Source: an uncultured Chloroflexia bacterium (GTDB taxonomy: Bacteria; Chloroflexota; Limnocylindria; QHBO01). Taken from it: 64,000 nt of DNA. The notes beneath the pieces were generated by a model. The model did no database searches. It worked only from the letters and a program-made list of their open reading frames with translations, and had not been told where the DNA came from. The DNA is taken from assembly GCA_963827475.1 (NCBI GenBank), contig CAWHAZ010000004.1, forward strand, positions 32,001-96,000, read 5' to 3'. Shown piece by piece: positions 39,835 to 51,038 of the stretch (its first letter is position 1; each line of letters opens with the position of its first letter). The position numbers and the translations under genes were made by a program.

Positions 39835-40782
39835 TCACCGCCGCCGCGAGGCGCGCGGGTCGAACGCTTCGCGCATGCCGTCGCCCAGCAGGGTGAACCC
39901 GATCAGTGTCACTCCCAGCGCGATCATGGGCGGGATGACCAGCCACGGCGCGGTCCGGATCTCGTCGATGCCGATGTCGATCAGGCTGCCCCAGGAGGCC
40001 CGGGGCATCTGGACCCCGAGCCCGAGGAACGAGAGGGTCGACTCGGCCAGGATGGCCATCGGGATCCCGATGCTGACCGCCACGGCGATCGGTCCCATGG
40101 CCTGCGGGAGGATGTGCCGCCGGGCGATCGTGTTCTCGGGGACACCGATGGCTCGGGCCGCTTCAATGTCTTCTTTCTGCTTCAGGGACAGGGTCTGGCC
40201 ACGGACGAGCCGAGCGGTGCCGACCCAGGAGATGAGCCCGATCGCGACAAACGTGGTCAGCAGCCCGTTCTGGAGCCGGAACAGCGGGGTGTCGACCACG
40301 GCGGCCGAGACCATGATGATGAACAGCAGGTCCGGGAAGGTGCCGATGATGTCCGTGAACCGCATGAGCGCGGTTTCGACCTTGCCGCCGCGCCAGCCGG
40401 CCAACAGGCCGACCGGTACGCCGATGGCGACGACCACCAGCTGGGCGATGAGCGCGACCGTCAGCGATACCTGTGCTCCGTCCACCACCCGCGCCAGCTG
40501 GTCGCGGCCGAGCCGGTCGGTCCCCAGCGGATGTGCCGGGTCAACGCCGGGAGGGATCGCGCCGCGGTTGGCGACGACCGCTTCGAGGTCCTGCTCGTAG
40601 TACGTCCACGTGATGAAGAGCGGACCGATGAGCGCGATGGCGGTGATCGCCAGCACGATGACGAGGCCAGCGACACCCGACGGCGAGCGGAGAACCCGGC
40701 GGAGGGCGTCGTTCCAATAACCCCGGCTCCGCTTGAGCGGTACCGGCAGCTCCTCGACTCCGATGACGCGGGCGTCAGCCAC
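39835..40782 (-). CDS. Oligopeptide/dipeptide ABC permease (OppC/DppC type)
   Basis: HPLGTDRLGRD, ARLVRGQ, EAARAIG..RHILP, ESTLSFLGLG, GDGMREAFDPR. Confidence 0.92.
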   Translation of the reverse strand: MADARVIGVEELPVPLKRSRGYWNDALRRVLRSPSGVAGLVIVLAITAIALIGPLFITWTYYEQDLEAVVANRGAIPPGVDPAHPLGTDRLGRDQLARVVDGAQVSLTVALIAQLVVVAIGVPVGLLAGWRGGKVETALMRFTDIIGTFPDLLFIIMVSAAVVDTPLFRLQNGLLTTFVAIGLISWVGTARLVRGQTLSLKQKEDIEAARAIGVPENTIARRHILPQAMGPIAVAVSIGIPMAILAESTLSFLGLGVQMPRASWGSLIDIGIDEIRTAPWLVIPPMIALGVTLIGFTLLGDGMREAFDPRASRRR

Positions 40783-41773
40783 TGGGGACCGCCTCCGCGG
40801 TCACGATCCCGTCGCGGATCCGCGGGTCGACCGCGCCGTAGGCGACATCAACCAGCGCGTTGGCGACGGCCACGACCAGCGCATAGATGACCGTGACGGC
40901 CATCAGGGTGTTGTAGTCCCGATTCCGGATCGATTGGTAGTAGAGGTTGCCCAGCCCGTCCACGCCGAAGACCCGCTCGACGACGATGGAGCCGGTCACC
41001 AACAGGGCGAGGATCGTTCCACCGATGGTCAGGATCGGGATGGCGGCGTTCCGCAGGAGGTGGACGCGGACGATCCGATCCTCGTGGAGGCCCTTCGAGT
41101 GGGCGGTCCGGACGTAGTCGGAGTGGAGGATCTCGAGGACGCTGGCCTTCGTGTGCCGTGCGATCTGCGCCAGGGGAAGGGCCGCCATGGCGATGACAGG
41201 AAGGACCCAGCTCTGTGCGATATCGGAGAACCACGCGTCGCTGAACGGCTCCGGCACGAGGGTCGGCGGACAGCCGAACGGGCACCATGTGAACGGGTTG
41301 ATCGGGACGAGGAGTTGGAGAAACGCCGCAACAGCGAATGCTGGAGCCGCCATCCCGACCAGGCTGAGCGCGGTTGCCGCGCGGCCAACCATCGTCCGGT
41401 GTCGCATGGCGGCGATGAGCCCCAGCGGGACGCCGACGAGGACCGCCACCCCGAACGCCAGCCCACAGATGATCAGGGTCGGCCCCAGGGCGTGGACGAT
41501 CATCGCCCCGACCTCGCCGCCGGACGACATGCTCATTCCGAGGTCGCCCTGGATCAGCTTGGCGAGCCACATCAGGTACTGGACCGGAAGCGGCTGGTCG
41601 AGCCCGAACTCGGCGTTCAGCTCCGCGATGACCGCGGGGTCGAGCTGGCGACTGCCCGGCTCGCGATTCCATGGGCTGCCGGGAGCGACGTGCATGATCG
41701 CGAACGCCACGATCGAGGCCCCCAGGACGACGGGGACCACCCACAGCAGACGACGGATCGCGTATCCGAGCAG
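40775..41773 (-). CDS. Oligopeptide/dipeptide ABC permease (OppB/DppB type)
   Basis: GLDQPLPVQY..GDLG, DYVRTAHSKGL..HLLRNA, VERVF, VDPRIR; CTG start 7 nt after AGGAGG. Confidence 0.92.
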   Translation of the reverse strand: MLGYAIRRLLWVVPVVLGASIVAFAIMHVAPGSPWNREPGSRQLDPAVIAELNAEFGLDQPLPVQYLMWLAKLIQGDLGMSMSSGGEVGAMIVHALGPTLIICGLAFGVAVLVGVPLGLIAAMRHRTMVGRAATALSLVGMAAPAFAVAAFLQLLVPINPFTWCPFGCPPTLVPEPFSDAWFSDIAQSWVLPVIAMAALPLAQIARHTKASVLEILHSDYVRTAHSKGLHEDRIVRVHLLRNAAIPILTIGGTILALLVTGSIVVERVFGVDGLGNLYYQSIRNRDYNTLMAVTVIYALVVAVANALVDVAYGAVDPRIRDGIVTAEAVPSG

Positions 41774-41829
41774 CTCAGGACCTCCTGCGTACTACCCCGG
41801 CCGATGGCTCCGGGTTCAGTCGAACGGGG

Positions 41830-42859
41830 TCAGGCCTGCTGGGACACCGTCCGCAGCTCGGCCGTGGGCCCCGTCACGACGATCGACTCCCCCGGCGCGA
41901 AGGCCCGGTCATCGGCCGGGTGCGCCTCGTGCCGTTCCTCGCCGAGGAAGACGGCAAGTGTAAAGACACCGCGGTCCCGAAGCTCACCGACCGTTTTCCC
42001 GGCAAGCCAGCCCCCCTCGGCGACCGGCAGCTCCTCGATCGAGAACGTCAGCTCGCCGTGGGACAGGGCGGCGTCGATGAAGTCGATGACGCGCGGGCGG
42101 ACGGCCAGCTCCGCGATCCGTCGGCCGGCGGTGCCGTAGGGCGACACGACCCGGTTGGCGCCCGCGCGCAGCAGCTTCGCCTCCGACTCCGCGGTGTTGG
42201 CCCGGGCCACGATGAACAGCTCGCCGTTGAGCTGCCGCGCCGACAGCACGATGAACACGTTCTCCGAGTCGGAGTCCACGCAGGCCACCAGGCCCCGGGC
42301 GCGGCGAACGCCCGCCGTCTCGAGCGTCGCGTCGTCGGTGGCGTCCCCTGGGACGGCGAGGTGGCCCTCCGCCGCGGCCTGCTCCCGAGACCCGTCGTCG
42401 GTGTCGACCACCACCACCGTCTGGCCGGCGTGGGAGAGCTCGCGGGCGACGGCGGCCCCGACCCGGCCGTACCCGCACAGGATGAAGTGATCCCGCGTCG
42501 CCTCCACGGCCCGCATCATGGACCGCGCCTCGCGCCGTCCGCTCGCGACCTCGTCGACGAGGTACTCGCTGACGATCCCGATCGACCCGAAGATGATCGC
42601 CACGCCGGCGATGGCCACGACCATGGCCCAGACCCGCCCGGCGCGTGTCCAGCTCGTGGACCTCGCGGAATCCGACGGTCGTGAGCGTGGTGACCGTCTG
42701 GTACAGGGCGTCCTCGACCGACCAGCCCTCGAGCACGACGAAGCCCGCCGTCCCGACGGCCACCGCGCCGATCGCCGCGACCAGCAGGATCCGCACGTGG
42801 CGCGTCGTGACCCGGGCCGTCCGACCTCCCAGGGAGCGGTATCGCTCGCGCGTCGCCAT
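41830..42859 (-). CDS. Two-TM potassium channel with RCK (TrkA-N/TrkA-C) domains (frameshift near 42645)
   Basis: Pore signature TTLTTVGF; HFILCGYGRVG, GDATD, ARAN, AGANRVVSP. Confidence 0.9.
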
Positions 42860-42888
42860 GGCAATCCGATCGTACGCGACCGGGTGCC

Positions 42889-42927
42889 CGAAACAGGCCG
42901 GTTTCGCCATTCGGCCCGCGATATAGT
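42889..42927 (+). promoter_or_regulatory. Candidate operator CGAAAC-N6-GTTTCG overlapping the -35 region of a TATAGT promoter
   Basis: Perfect 6-bp inverted repeat at 42889-42906; TATAGT at 42922-42927. Confidence 0.45.
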
Positions 42928-43092
42928 CGGCCGCGGCAACGCCGCGTTTCGCGCTCGGCCAGCGCGCTCTCAGCTGGACGTCCGCCTCGCGACGGGAAAG
43001 GAGCGCCACCCGCCCGTCAGCCGTTCGCACGCTCGCGCTGATCCAATCTCTTCGTCGCGATTCGTCGCCCCGTGTGCAGCAGAGAGGTACCG

Positions 43093-44709
43093 ATGACGCA
43101 GCAGTCCAGCAAGGAAGATGTCATCGCCCAGGACCGACAGGACCTGCATGGCCTGGGCTATGCCCAGGAACTCCTCCGGTCGATGGGCGGGTTCAGCAAC
43201 TTCGCGATCAGCTTCTCGATCATCTCGATCCTGACCGGCGCGGTCATCCTCTACAACTACGGCCTGAACCTGGCCGGACCCGCTGCCGTCGGCATCGGTT
43301 GGCCGCTGGTGACCCTGTTCACCCTCATGATCGCCGCCACCATGGCGGAGATCGCCTCCGCGTACCCGACGGCTGGCGGGCTGTACTACTGGGCCAGCAA
43401 GCTCCGGAACAAGGGTTGGGGCTGGTGGACCGCGTGGCTCAACCTGGGCGGCCAGATCTCGATCGTGGCCGGCATCAACTATGCGGCCGCGTTCTACCTC
43501 ACCGCCACGATCATCAACCCCCTCCTCGGCGGCACGTTCGATCCGACCGCCGACACGTTCGGCGTCCAGAACGCGATCTGGGTGACGGGCATCCTCATCA
43601 CCATCGAGGTTCTGTTCAACGTCGCCGGCACCCGGATCGTGGCCTTCATGAACGACCTCTCGGTCTGGTGGCACATCTTCTTCGTGGCCGCCATCGCGAT
43701 CGCCCTGATGGCGCTGGGCACGCAACCGACCAATGACATCGGATTCCTGTTCACGGTCGAGCCGGCAGGCACGGCAGCTGATGGGACACCGTGGGCCGAG
43801 ATCATTCCGTTCGGGATCGCCGGCGCATTCGCCCTGAGCCTGCTCCAGTCGCAGTGGACGTACACCGGCTACGACGCGTCGGCACACGTCGCCGAGGAGA
43901 CCGTCTTCGCCCGGCGGGCCTCCGCCTGGGGCGTGTTCCTGTCCGTGGCCGTCTCGGCTGTCGCCGGCTACGTCGTCCTCATGGCCCTCAACCTGAAGAT
44001 GCCCCCGCCTTCGGACGTCATGGCCAACAGCGGTGGCTACGGAGTGGCGTACATCCTCGAAGCGAACCTGGGGGCCGGGCTTGGACAGCTCGGCGGCCTG
44101 TTGGCGGCAGGCGTCGCGATCGCCATGACGTTCTGCGGGTTCTCCTCCATCGCGTCGGCCGGACGCATGCTCTTCGCATTCAGTCGCGATGACGGCGTCC
44201 CTGGGAGCCGCTGGCTGAAGAAGGTCAGCCACCGGTTCCGGTCGCCGTACATGTCGGTGATTGCGATCAGCCTGTTCTCGTGGCTCCTGATCCTGCTCGT
44301 GTACGTCCTGTTCAAGGCGTTCGGCGGCGACCCGGTGTTTCTGATCGCGGGCATCACCGGGGTGAGCACGGTCCTCCTCTACTGGGCGTACGGCCTGTGC
44401 ATCTTCCTCGGCCTGCGGGGCGACCAGGATTGGCGGAGCCGGCAGACCTGGTCCCTCGGTCGTTGGAGCAGGCCCCTGGCATGGATCAGCGTGATCTGGA
44501 TCATCTTGATCACGCCGCTGTTCCTCTACCCGTTCGAGCTGAATGCGGCGGCGCTGGCCACCGTGGTCGGTTTCCTGGTCCTGCTCCTCGTCTACTACTT
44601 CGCGTGGGCGCGGCGCCGGTTCGCCGGTCCGGTCCCGCAAGGGTCGGAGTCGGAGCTGGAGGCCATCGAGCGCGAGTTCGAGGACGCTGCCGAGGCACTG
44701 ACCGCCTAG
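43093..44709 (+). CDS. APC-family amino acid/amine permease
   Basis: LGYAQELLRSMGGFSNFAISFS, AEIASAYPTAGGLYYW, TGYDASAHVAEET, FAFSRD; about 12 TM. Confidence 0.93.
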   Translation: MTQQSSKEDVIAQDRQDLHGLGYAQELLRSMGGFSNFAISFSIISILTGAVILYNYGLNLAGPAAVGIGWPLVTLFTLMIAATMAEIASAYPTAGGLYYWASKLRNKGWGWWTAWLNLGGQISIVAGINYAAAFYLTATIINPLLGGTFDPTADTFGVQNAIWVTGILITIEVLFNVAGTRIVAFMNDLSVWWHIFFVAAIAIALMALGTQPTNDIGFLFTVEPAGTAADGTPWAEIIPFGIAGAFALSLLQSQWTYTGYDASAHVAEETVFARRASAWGVFLSVAVSAVAGYVVLMALNLKMPPPSDVMANSGGYGVAYILEANLGAGLGQLGGLLAAGVAIAMTFCGFSSIASAGRMLFAFSRDDGVPGSRWLKKVSHRFRSPYMSVIAISLFSWLLILLVYVLFKAFGGDPVFLIAGITGVSTVLLYWAYGLCIFLGLRGDQDWRSRQTWSLGRWSRPLAWISVIWIILITPLFLYPFELNAAALATVVGFLVLLLVYYFAWARRRFAGPVPQGSESELEAIEREFEDAAEALTA

Positions 44710-44732
44710 CGGCGCCTGAACCACGCCGCGCC

Positions 44733-44763
44733 GCGGGCCGGCCGGGCGAACCGGCCGGTCCGC
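44733..44763 (+). terminator. Strong GC hairpin between the permease and the GS-like gene
   Basis: GCGGGCCGGCCGG-GCGAA-CCGGCCGGTCCGC; no U tract. Confidence 0.4.
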
Positions 44764-44812
44764 ATCGGTCTGACAGTCCGCGTGGCATCCTGCCCACCTC
44801 ACAGGAGGAACC

Positions 44813-46192
44813 ATGGCCAAGCCCGACAGCCACCCGAAGCGTGACGAGCTGACGGCCGCCATCCGGGAGGGCCGGATCGACACGCTGGTCGTGGCCCTGA
44901 CCGACATGCAGGGCCGGCTGATGGGCAAGCGGGTCCAGGGCCAGGCGTTCCTGAACGGGGCCATCGACCACGGCGCCCACTTCTGCACGTACCTGCTCGG
45001 CACGGACATGGAGATGAACACGCCGGACGGGTTCGAGCTCATGAACTGGGAGACGGGCTACGGCGACTGGATCGCGGACCCGGTGTGGGACACCTATCGC
45101 GAGGTCCCGTGGCTGGAGCGGACGGCGATCGTCCTGTCCGACACCGTCGACCACCACGGCAACGAGATCCCGGTCTCGCCCCGCACCCTGCTCAAGAAGG
45201 TCTCGGCCCGCGCGGCGGGGGCCGGCTTCCGGGTGATGGCCGGGTCGGAGTACGAGTACTACCTGCTGACCGATACCTACGAGCAGGCCCATGCCAAGGG
45301 CTACCAGAACCTCGAGCGGTTCGGCTACTACAACGAGGACTACCACCTCCTGCAGGCGACCAAGGCCGAGCCGATCCACGGTCGGCTGCGGAACCTCATG
45401 ACCGAGGCCGGCATCCCGGTCGAGTTCTCCAAGGGCGAGGCTGCGCCCGGCCAGCACGAGGTGAACATCCACTACACCGACGTCCTCGACATGGCCGACC
45501 AGTCGGTCCTGTTCAAGCACGGGGCCAAGGAGATCGCCTGGCTGAACGGCTACGGGCTGACCTTCATGGCCAAGCCGGACCACACCTGGACCGGCTCGAG
45601 CGGGCACCTCCACATGTCGCTGTGGGACAAGAGCGGCAAGCAGCCGCTGTTCCACGACGCCAGGGCCAAGCCGTACGGGATGTCGACGACGATGCGCCAC
45701 TTCCTGGGCGGGATGATGAAGTTCTCCCGCGAGCTGGCCATCTTCTGGGCCTGGAACGTGAACTCGTACAAGCGCTACGCGGTGGCGTCATGGGCCCCGG
45801 TCAACGTCGTCTGGGGTCGGGACAACCGGACGACCGGCTTCCGGATCGTGGGCGACGAGGCCGGCCTGCATATCGAGAATCGCTTCCCCGGCGGCGACAT
45901 GAACCCGTACCTCACCTACGCCGCGGTGGTCGGCGCCGGGCTGCTGGGCATCGAGCGCGAGATCGAACCGCCGGACGAGTACCGCGGCAACGGCTACGTG
46001 GCCACCGGCTGCGACCGGATGCCGCGGGCACTCCACGAGGCGATTCGCGAGCTGGAGGGCAGCCAGGCCGCGGTCGACATCTTCGGGGCAGACGTCGTGG
46101 CCCACTACCTCAACGCGGCCCGCGTCGAGCAGGAGCAGTACGACGCGATCGTCCACCCCTGGGACCGCGAGCGCTACCTCGAGCGCGGCTGA
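44813..46192 (+). CDS. Glutamine-synthetase-like gamma-glutamyl-amine ligase (GlnA4/PuuA type)
   Basis: DMQGRLMGKR, EYEYYL, GEAAPGQHE, TFMAKP, GSSGHLH, NSYKR, WGRDNRT, ENRFPGGDMNPY. Confidence 0.9.
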   Translation: MAKPDSHPKRDELTAAIREGRIDTLVVALTDMQGRLMGKRVQGQAFLNGAIDHGAHFCTYLLGTDMEMNTPDGFELMNWETGYGDWIADPVWDTYREVPWLERTAIVLSDTVDHHGNEIPVSPRTLLKKVSARAAGAGFRVMAGSEYEYYLLTDTYEQAHAKGYQNLERFGYYNEDYHLLQATKAEPIHGRLRNLMTEAGIPVEFSKGEAAPGQHEVNIHYTDVLDMADQSVLFKHGAKEIAWLNGYGLTFMAKPDHTWTGSSGHLHMSLWDKSGKQPLFHDARAKPYGMSTTMRHFLGGMMKFSRELAIFWAWNVNSYKRYAVASWAPVNVVWGRDNRTTGFRIVGDEAGLHIENRFPGGDMNPYLTYAAVVGAGLLGIEREIEPPDEYRGNGYVATGCDRMPRALHEAIRELEGSQAAVDIFGADVVAHYLNAARVEQEQYDAIVHPWDRERYLERG

Positions 46193-46202
46193 GGTCTGAC
46201 CG

Positions 46203-46973
46203 ATGCGGCTCGCGGACAAGGTCGCGCTCATCACCGGCGCCGGCAGCGGCATGGGCCGGGTGGCGGCCGAGATGTTCGCCGCCGAGGGGGCGAAGGTCGT
46301 GGCCGCCGAGTTCGACGAGGGGCATGGCCGCGAGACGGTGGAGGCCATCGAGGCGGCGGGCGGCGACGCGGTCTTCGTCCAGGCCGACGTGTCGGTCGAG
46401 GCCGATGCGGCGGCCATGGTGGCCGCCGCCATGGATCGGTATGGCCGGGTCGACGTCCTCTACAACAACGCCGGGATCATGCCCGAGGCCGACCACTCGG
46501 TGACCGACACCGATGTCGCGGTCTGGGACCAGGTCATGGCGGTCAACGTCCGGGGCGTGTTCCTCGGCTGCAAGTACGCCATCCCGCGGATGGTGGAGCA
46601 GGGGTCCGGATCGGTCATCAACATCAGCTCGTTCGTGGCGTTGGTCGGCTGCTCGGTCCCGCAGGACGCGTACACCGCCTCCAAGGGCGCGGTCCTGTCG
46701 CTGACCCGCTCGCTGGCGGTGCAGTTCGGGCCCCAGGGCGTCCGCGTCGAACGCCATCTGCCCCGGGCCGATCGAGACGCCGATGCTCATGGACTGGCTG
46801 GTCCGCGACGAGGCGGCGACGCAAGCTGCGCCTGAGCCGCAATCCGACCGGGCGGTTCGGCAAGCCGGAGGAAATCGTCAACGTCGCCATCTACCTCGCC
46901 TCGGACGAGTCGCGGTGGACGAACGGCGCCCACTTCGTGATCGACGGCGGGCATCAGCGTCAACTACTTCTGA
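46203..46973 (+). CDS. Short-chain dehydrogenase/reductase (several frameshifts at the 3' end)
   Basis: TGAGSGMG, NNAG, YTASK; C-terminal GRFGKPEEI..YLASDE..VIDGG in other frames. Confidence 0.9.
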
Positions 46974-46976
46974 CCG

Positions 46977-47387
46977 GTGCCTGATCGCTCGCCGCTGACG
47001 ATCGTTGCCGGTCTGCTGCTGCTCGCGTGGGCGGGGCTACTCGCCTATGTCAGCCTGCCGACGCTGCTGAGCGACGATCCGTTCTGGGACGGAGGGATCT
47101 CGGTCCTCGGCGCGTTCCTCGCGGGCGCTCACCTGGCGGCCGGGCTGGGCGTGCTGGCGCGGGCACCGGGCGCCCGGCGGCTGGGCCTGATCGTGGGAGG
47201 CATCGGGCTGTTCGGGACGGTGGCCGTCGTCGTGACCCTGGCGGCGAACATGCTGTCGACCGACCTGACGGAGGAAACACTTCTTGTGCTGGCAATCCCG
47301 GCCGGCATGGCGATCGCCTACGGATTCATCGTCCTCGCTCTGTGGCGGGCGAGGGACGAGTTCACGCCGGAAGCGGTCGCCGACTAG
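46977..47387 (+). CDS. Hypothetical four-TM membrane protein
   Basis: 136 aa, four hydrophobic segments, tight operon-like spacing. Confidence 0.65.
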   Translation: MPDRSPLTIVAGLLLLAWAGLLAYVSLPTLLSDDPFWDGGISVLGAFLAGAHLAAGLGVLARAPGARRLGLIVGGIGLFGTVAVVVTLAANMLSTDLTEETLLVLAIPAGMAIAYGFIVLALWRARDEFTPEAVAD

Positions 47388-47397
47388 CATTCCGCCG

Positions 47398-48786
47398 ATG
47401 AGCGGCGGCAGGTGGGCAGTCCTGTGGCTCATCGGCCTCGCCTGGCTGGCGCTGGCGGGCTACATCCTCGGGCGGTTCGCGAGCAACGCCTTTCCGACCT
47501 ACTACCTGTTCCGACCGCTGCTCTGGGCCGTGCCGTTCGCCATCGGCATCGGGCTGGTCGCGTACGCGCAGGGCCCGCGGCGCGGGCCGGTCGTTGTCGC
47601 CGTGCTGGCCGGGATCCTGGCGGGGTGGGCGACCTTCACGCGCTACTGGATCCCGGTCCTGGTCGTCTTGGTCGCGTGGATCGTCGTCCGCCAGGTGGCG
47701 CGGACCCGCGGTCGGGAGGTCCCGCTGGTGCCCGACGTGGTCTCCACCCTGGCGACGGTCGGGATCATCGCCTTCTTCGCGGTCGGCCTCGTCCGGGCGG
47801 TGTCCACCTTCGAGGGTCCGATCGCCCCGGTCGAAGCCACCGAGACGGCCACCGGCCCGAACCTGTACCTCATCCTGCTCGACGGCTACCCCCGCAGCGA
47901 CACCCTGCGCGAGGACCTCGGTTACGAGAACGCGCCGTTCGAGGACGCCCTCGAGGAGCGGGGCTTCGACGTCTACCGCGACGCGATGTCGGACCGGCGG
48001 AACACCGACTACACGCTGCTCGGGATGCTGAACGGCAGTCTCGACGGCGTACCGCCCGACACCGACCTGAGCCAGGAGGGCCAATGGGATCGGCGCCGGC
48101 AGCTGTCCGAGGCGGTTCTCCCGATCGAGGCCCAGGAAGCGGGCTACGAGTACTGGGTCATCGACTCGCCGGCGGGTTTCGTCACCTTCACCGCCGGGAA
48201 CCACATCCAGCACGGCGCGATGAACACGCTCGAGGAGTACATGCTGGCCACCTCGGCCCTCGCGCCGCCAGTCGCCCTGGCCTGGCCGACGCTCCCCACC
48301 GACTCGCAACGGGACCACTTCGAGGTCAGCCTCGAGAGCGTCCTGGAGCTGGCCGAGCCGGACACCCATCGGCTCGTGCTGGCCCACCTCTTCCAGCCCC
48401 ACATCCCGTTCCTGTGGGACGCGGAGGGTGGCCCGCAGCCGGTTCAGTCGTTCTGGCCGGAGATCAGCATGTTCGTCTGGCAGCTCGAGGACGTCGACCT
48501 GACGCTCGACGAGTACGCCGAGCTGATGGGCACCAACCTCGACGCGCTGAACCCGCGCCTGCTCGAGATGGTCGACGAGATCGTGGCCCGCGATCCGACC
48601 GGGGTGGTCGTCCTGTTCAGCGACCACGGCGCCCGCTACGCCTTCGAGTTCGAGGATACGGAGTGGTACCGCAACTTCCTGGCGGCCAGGACGCCGAACC
48701 ATCCGGATCTGTTCGCCTCGGACCCGTCGCCGACGAACCTCCTCCGGACCATCCTCGACACCTACGTCACCGGCGGTTCCGACTAA
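47398..48786 (+). CDS. Membrane-anchored alkaline-phosphatase/sulfatase-superfamily protein
   Basis: About five N-terminal TMs; NLYLILLDGY, candidate Thr nucleophile (RNTDYT), PHIPF, VLFSDHG. Confidence 0.75.
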   Translation: MSGGRWAVLWLIGLAWLALAGYILGRFASNAFPTYYLFRPLLWAVPFAIGIGLVAYAQGPRRGPVVVAVLAGILAGWATFTRYWIPVLVVLVAWIVVRQVARTRGREVPLVPDVVSTLATVGIIAFFAVGLVRAVSTFEGPIAPVEATETATGPNLYLILLDGYPRSDTLREDLGYENAPFEDALEERGFDVYRDAMSDRRNTDYTLLGMLNGSLDGVPPDTDLSQEGQWDRRRQLSEAVLPIEAQEAGYEYWVIDSPAGFVTFTAGNHIQHGAMNTLEEYMLATSALAPPVALAWPTLPTDSQRDHFEVSLESVLELAEPDTHRLVLAHLFQPHIPFLWDAEGGPQPVQSFWPEISMFVWQLEDVDLTLDEYAELMGTNLDALNPRLLEMVDEIVARDPTGVVVLFSDHGARYAFEFEDTEWYRNFLAARTPNHPDLFASDPSPTNLLRTILDTYVTGGSD

Positions 48787-48790
48787 GGGC

Positions 48791-49453
48791 ATGTCGGTCG
48801 AGCGTCTCATCGGGGTCGGGTTGCTCGCCGTGACTGCGGTGTTCCTGGTTCGTCTCCTCCTGCAGGCCATCCGCGTTCTGCAGACCTACCTTGGAACGAG
48901 CCAGCGCCGCCAGGAGGACGCGACCGCCAGCGCGCCGGAGCCGGAACCCGATACCGCCGAGCGCGTGGCCGGCCTTGGAGCGCTCGGCTACCACCCGATC
49001 GGGGCCACGCGGACCGTCCTGCCATTCGGCGTCCAGTACGGGCGGATCATGGCCGCCGATGATGAGTCCTCGTATGCGATCGTCGTCGATGCACCACAGG
49101 GGCTTCCGGTGCTTACCGCCTTCTACTCGTCCTGGCCCGACGGGAACTGGATCGGGACCATGTATCCGTCCGGCGACCCGCACCAGCGGCCGGGGCTTCA
49201 GCTGTCGGTTAGCTCGGGCAGTCTGGGGGACGCCGTCGCGGCCCATCGCGCGGCGATCGAGCGCCTGGGCCCGGACCATGGACACCCGAAGCAGATCACC
49301 CGGATGGCCGACGTGCTGACCCTGGACGCGGACTATCGGCAGCGCTTCGGCGGTCGGGAGCTGCGGCCACTCGTCGTTCGCGCGCTGGCACCGACGGTCG
49401 CCCTGCTCGTCCTCTGGGTCATGACGCTGTACGTCTTCCTGACGATGCCCTGA
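48791..49453 (+). CDS. Hypothetical protein with N- and C-terminal TM helices
   Basis: 220-aa ORF filling the gap between neighbours. Confidence 0.65.
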   Translation: MSVERLIGVGLLAVTAVFLVRLLLQAIRVLQTYLGTSQRRQEDATASAPEPEPDTAERVAGLGALGYHPIGATRTVLPFGVQYGRIMAADDESSYAIVVDAPQGLPVLTAFYSSWPDGNWIGTMYPSGDPHQRPGLQLSVSSGSLGDAVAAHRAAIERLGPDHGHPKQITRMADVLTLDADYRQRFGGRELRPLVVRALAPTVALLVLWVMTLYVFLTMP

Positions 49454-49546
49454 GCGACGGTGCGAGCCCGAAGGCCGAGTTGGGGCCACACCGCTGGCCG
49501 GGGATATACTCGGGCCGCTTCCTGAGCTGCGCTTGAAGGACTCCGC

Positions 49547-51037
<1,491 letters not shown>

Positions 51038-51038
51038 G

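Noticed and set aside
42960-43010. Glycine riboswitch (CTCTCAG and AAGGAGC words)
   Set aside because: The elements are in the wrong order and the GGAGA..CCGAAG core is absent
27341-44770. Recurrent CATCGGT/ACCGATG word as a general regulator motif
   Set aside because: ACCGATG is a common start-codon context here (5387, 9079, 39128, 46203) and its spacing to -10 boxes is inconsistent; kept only where it forms clear dyads
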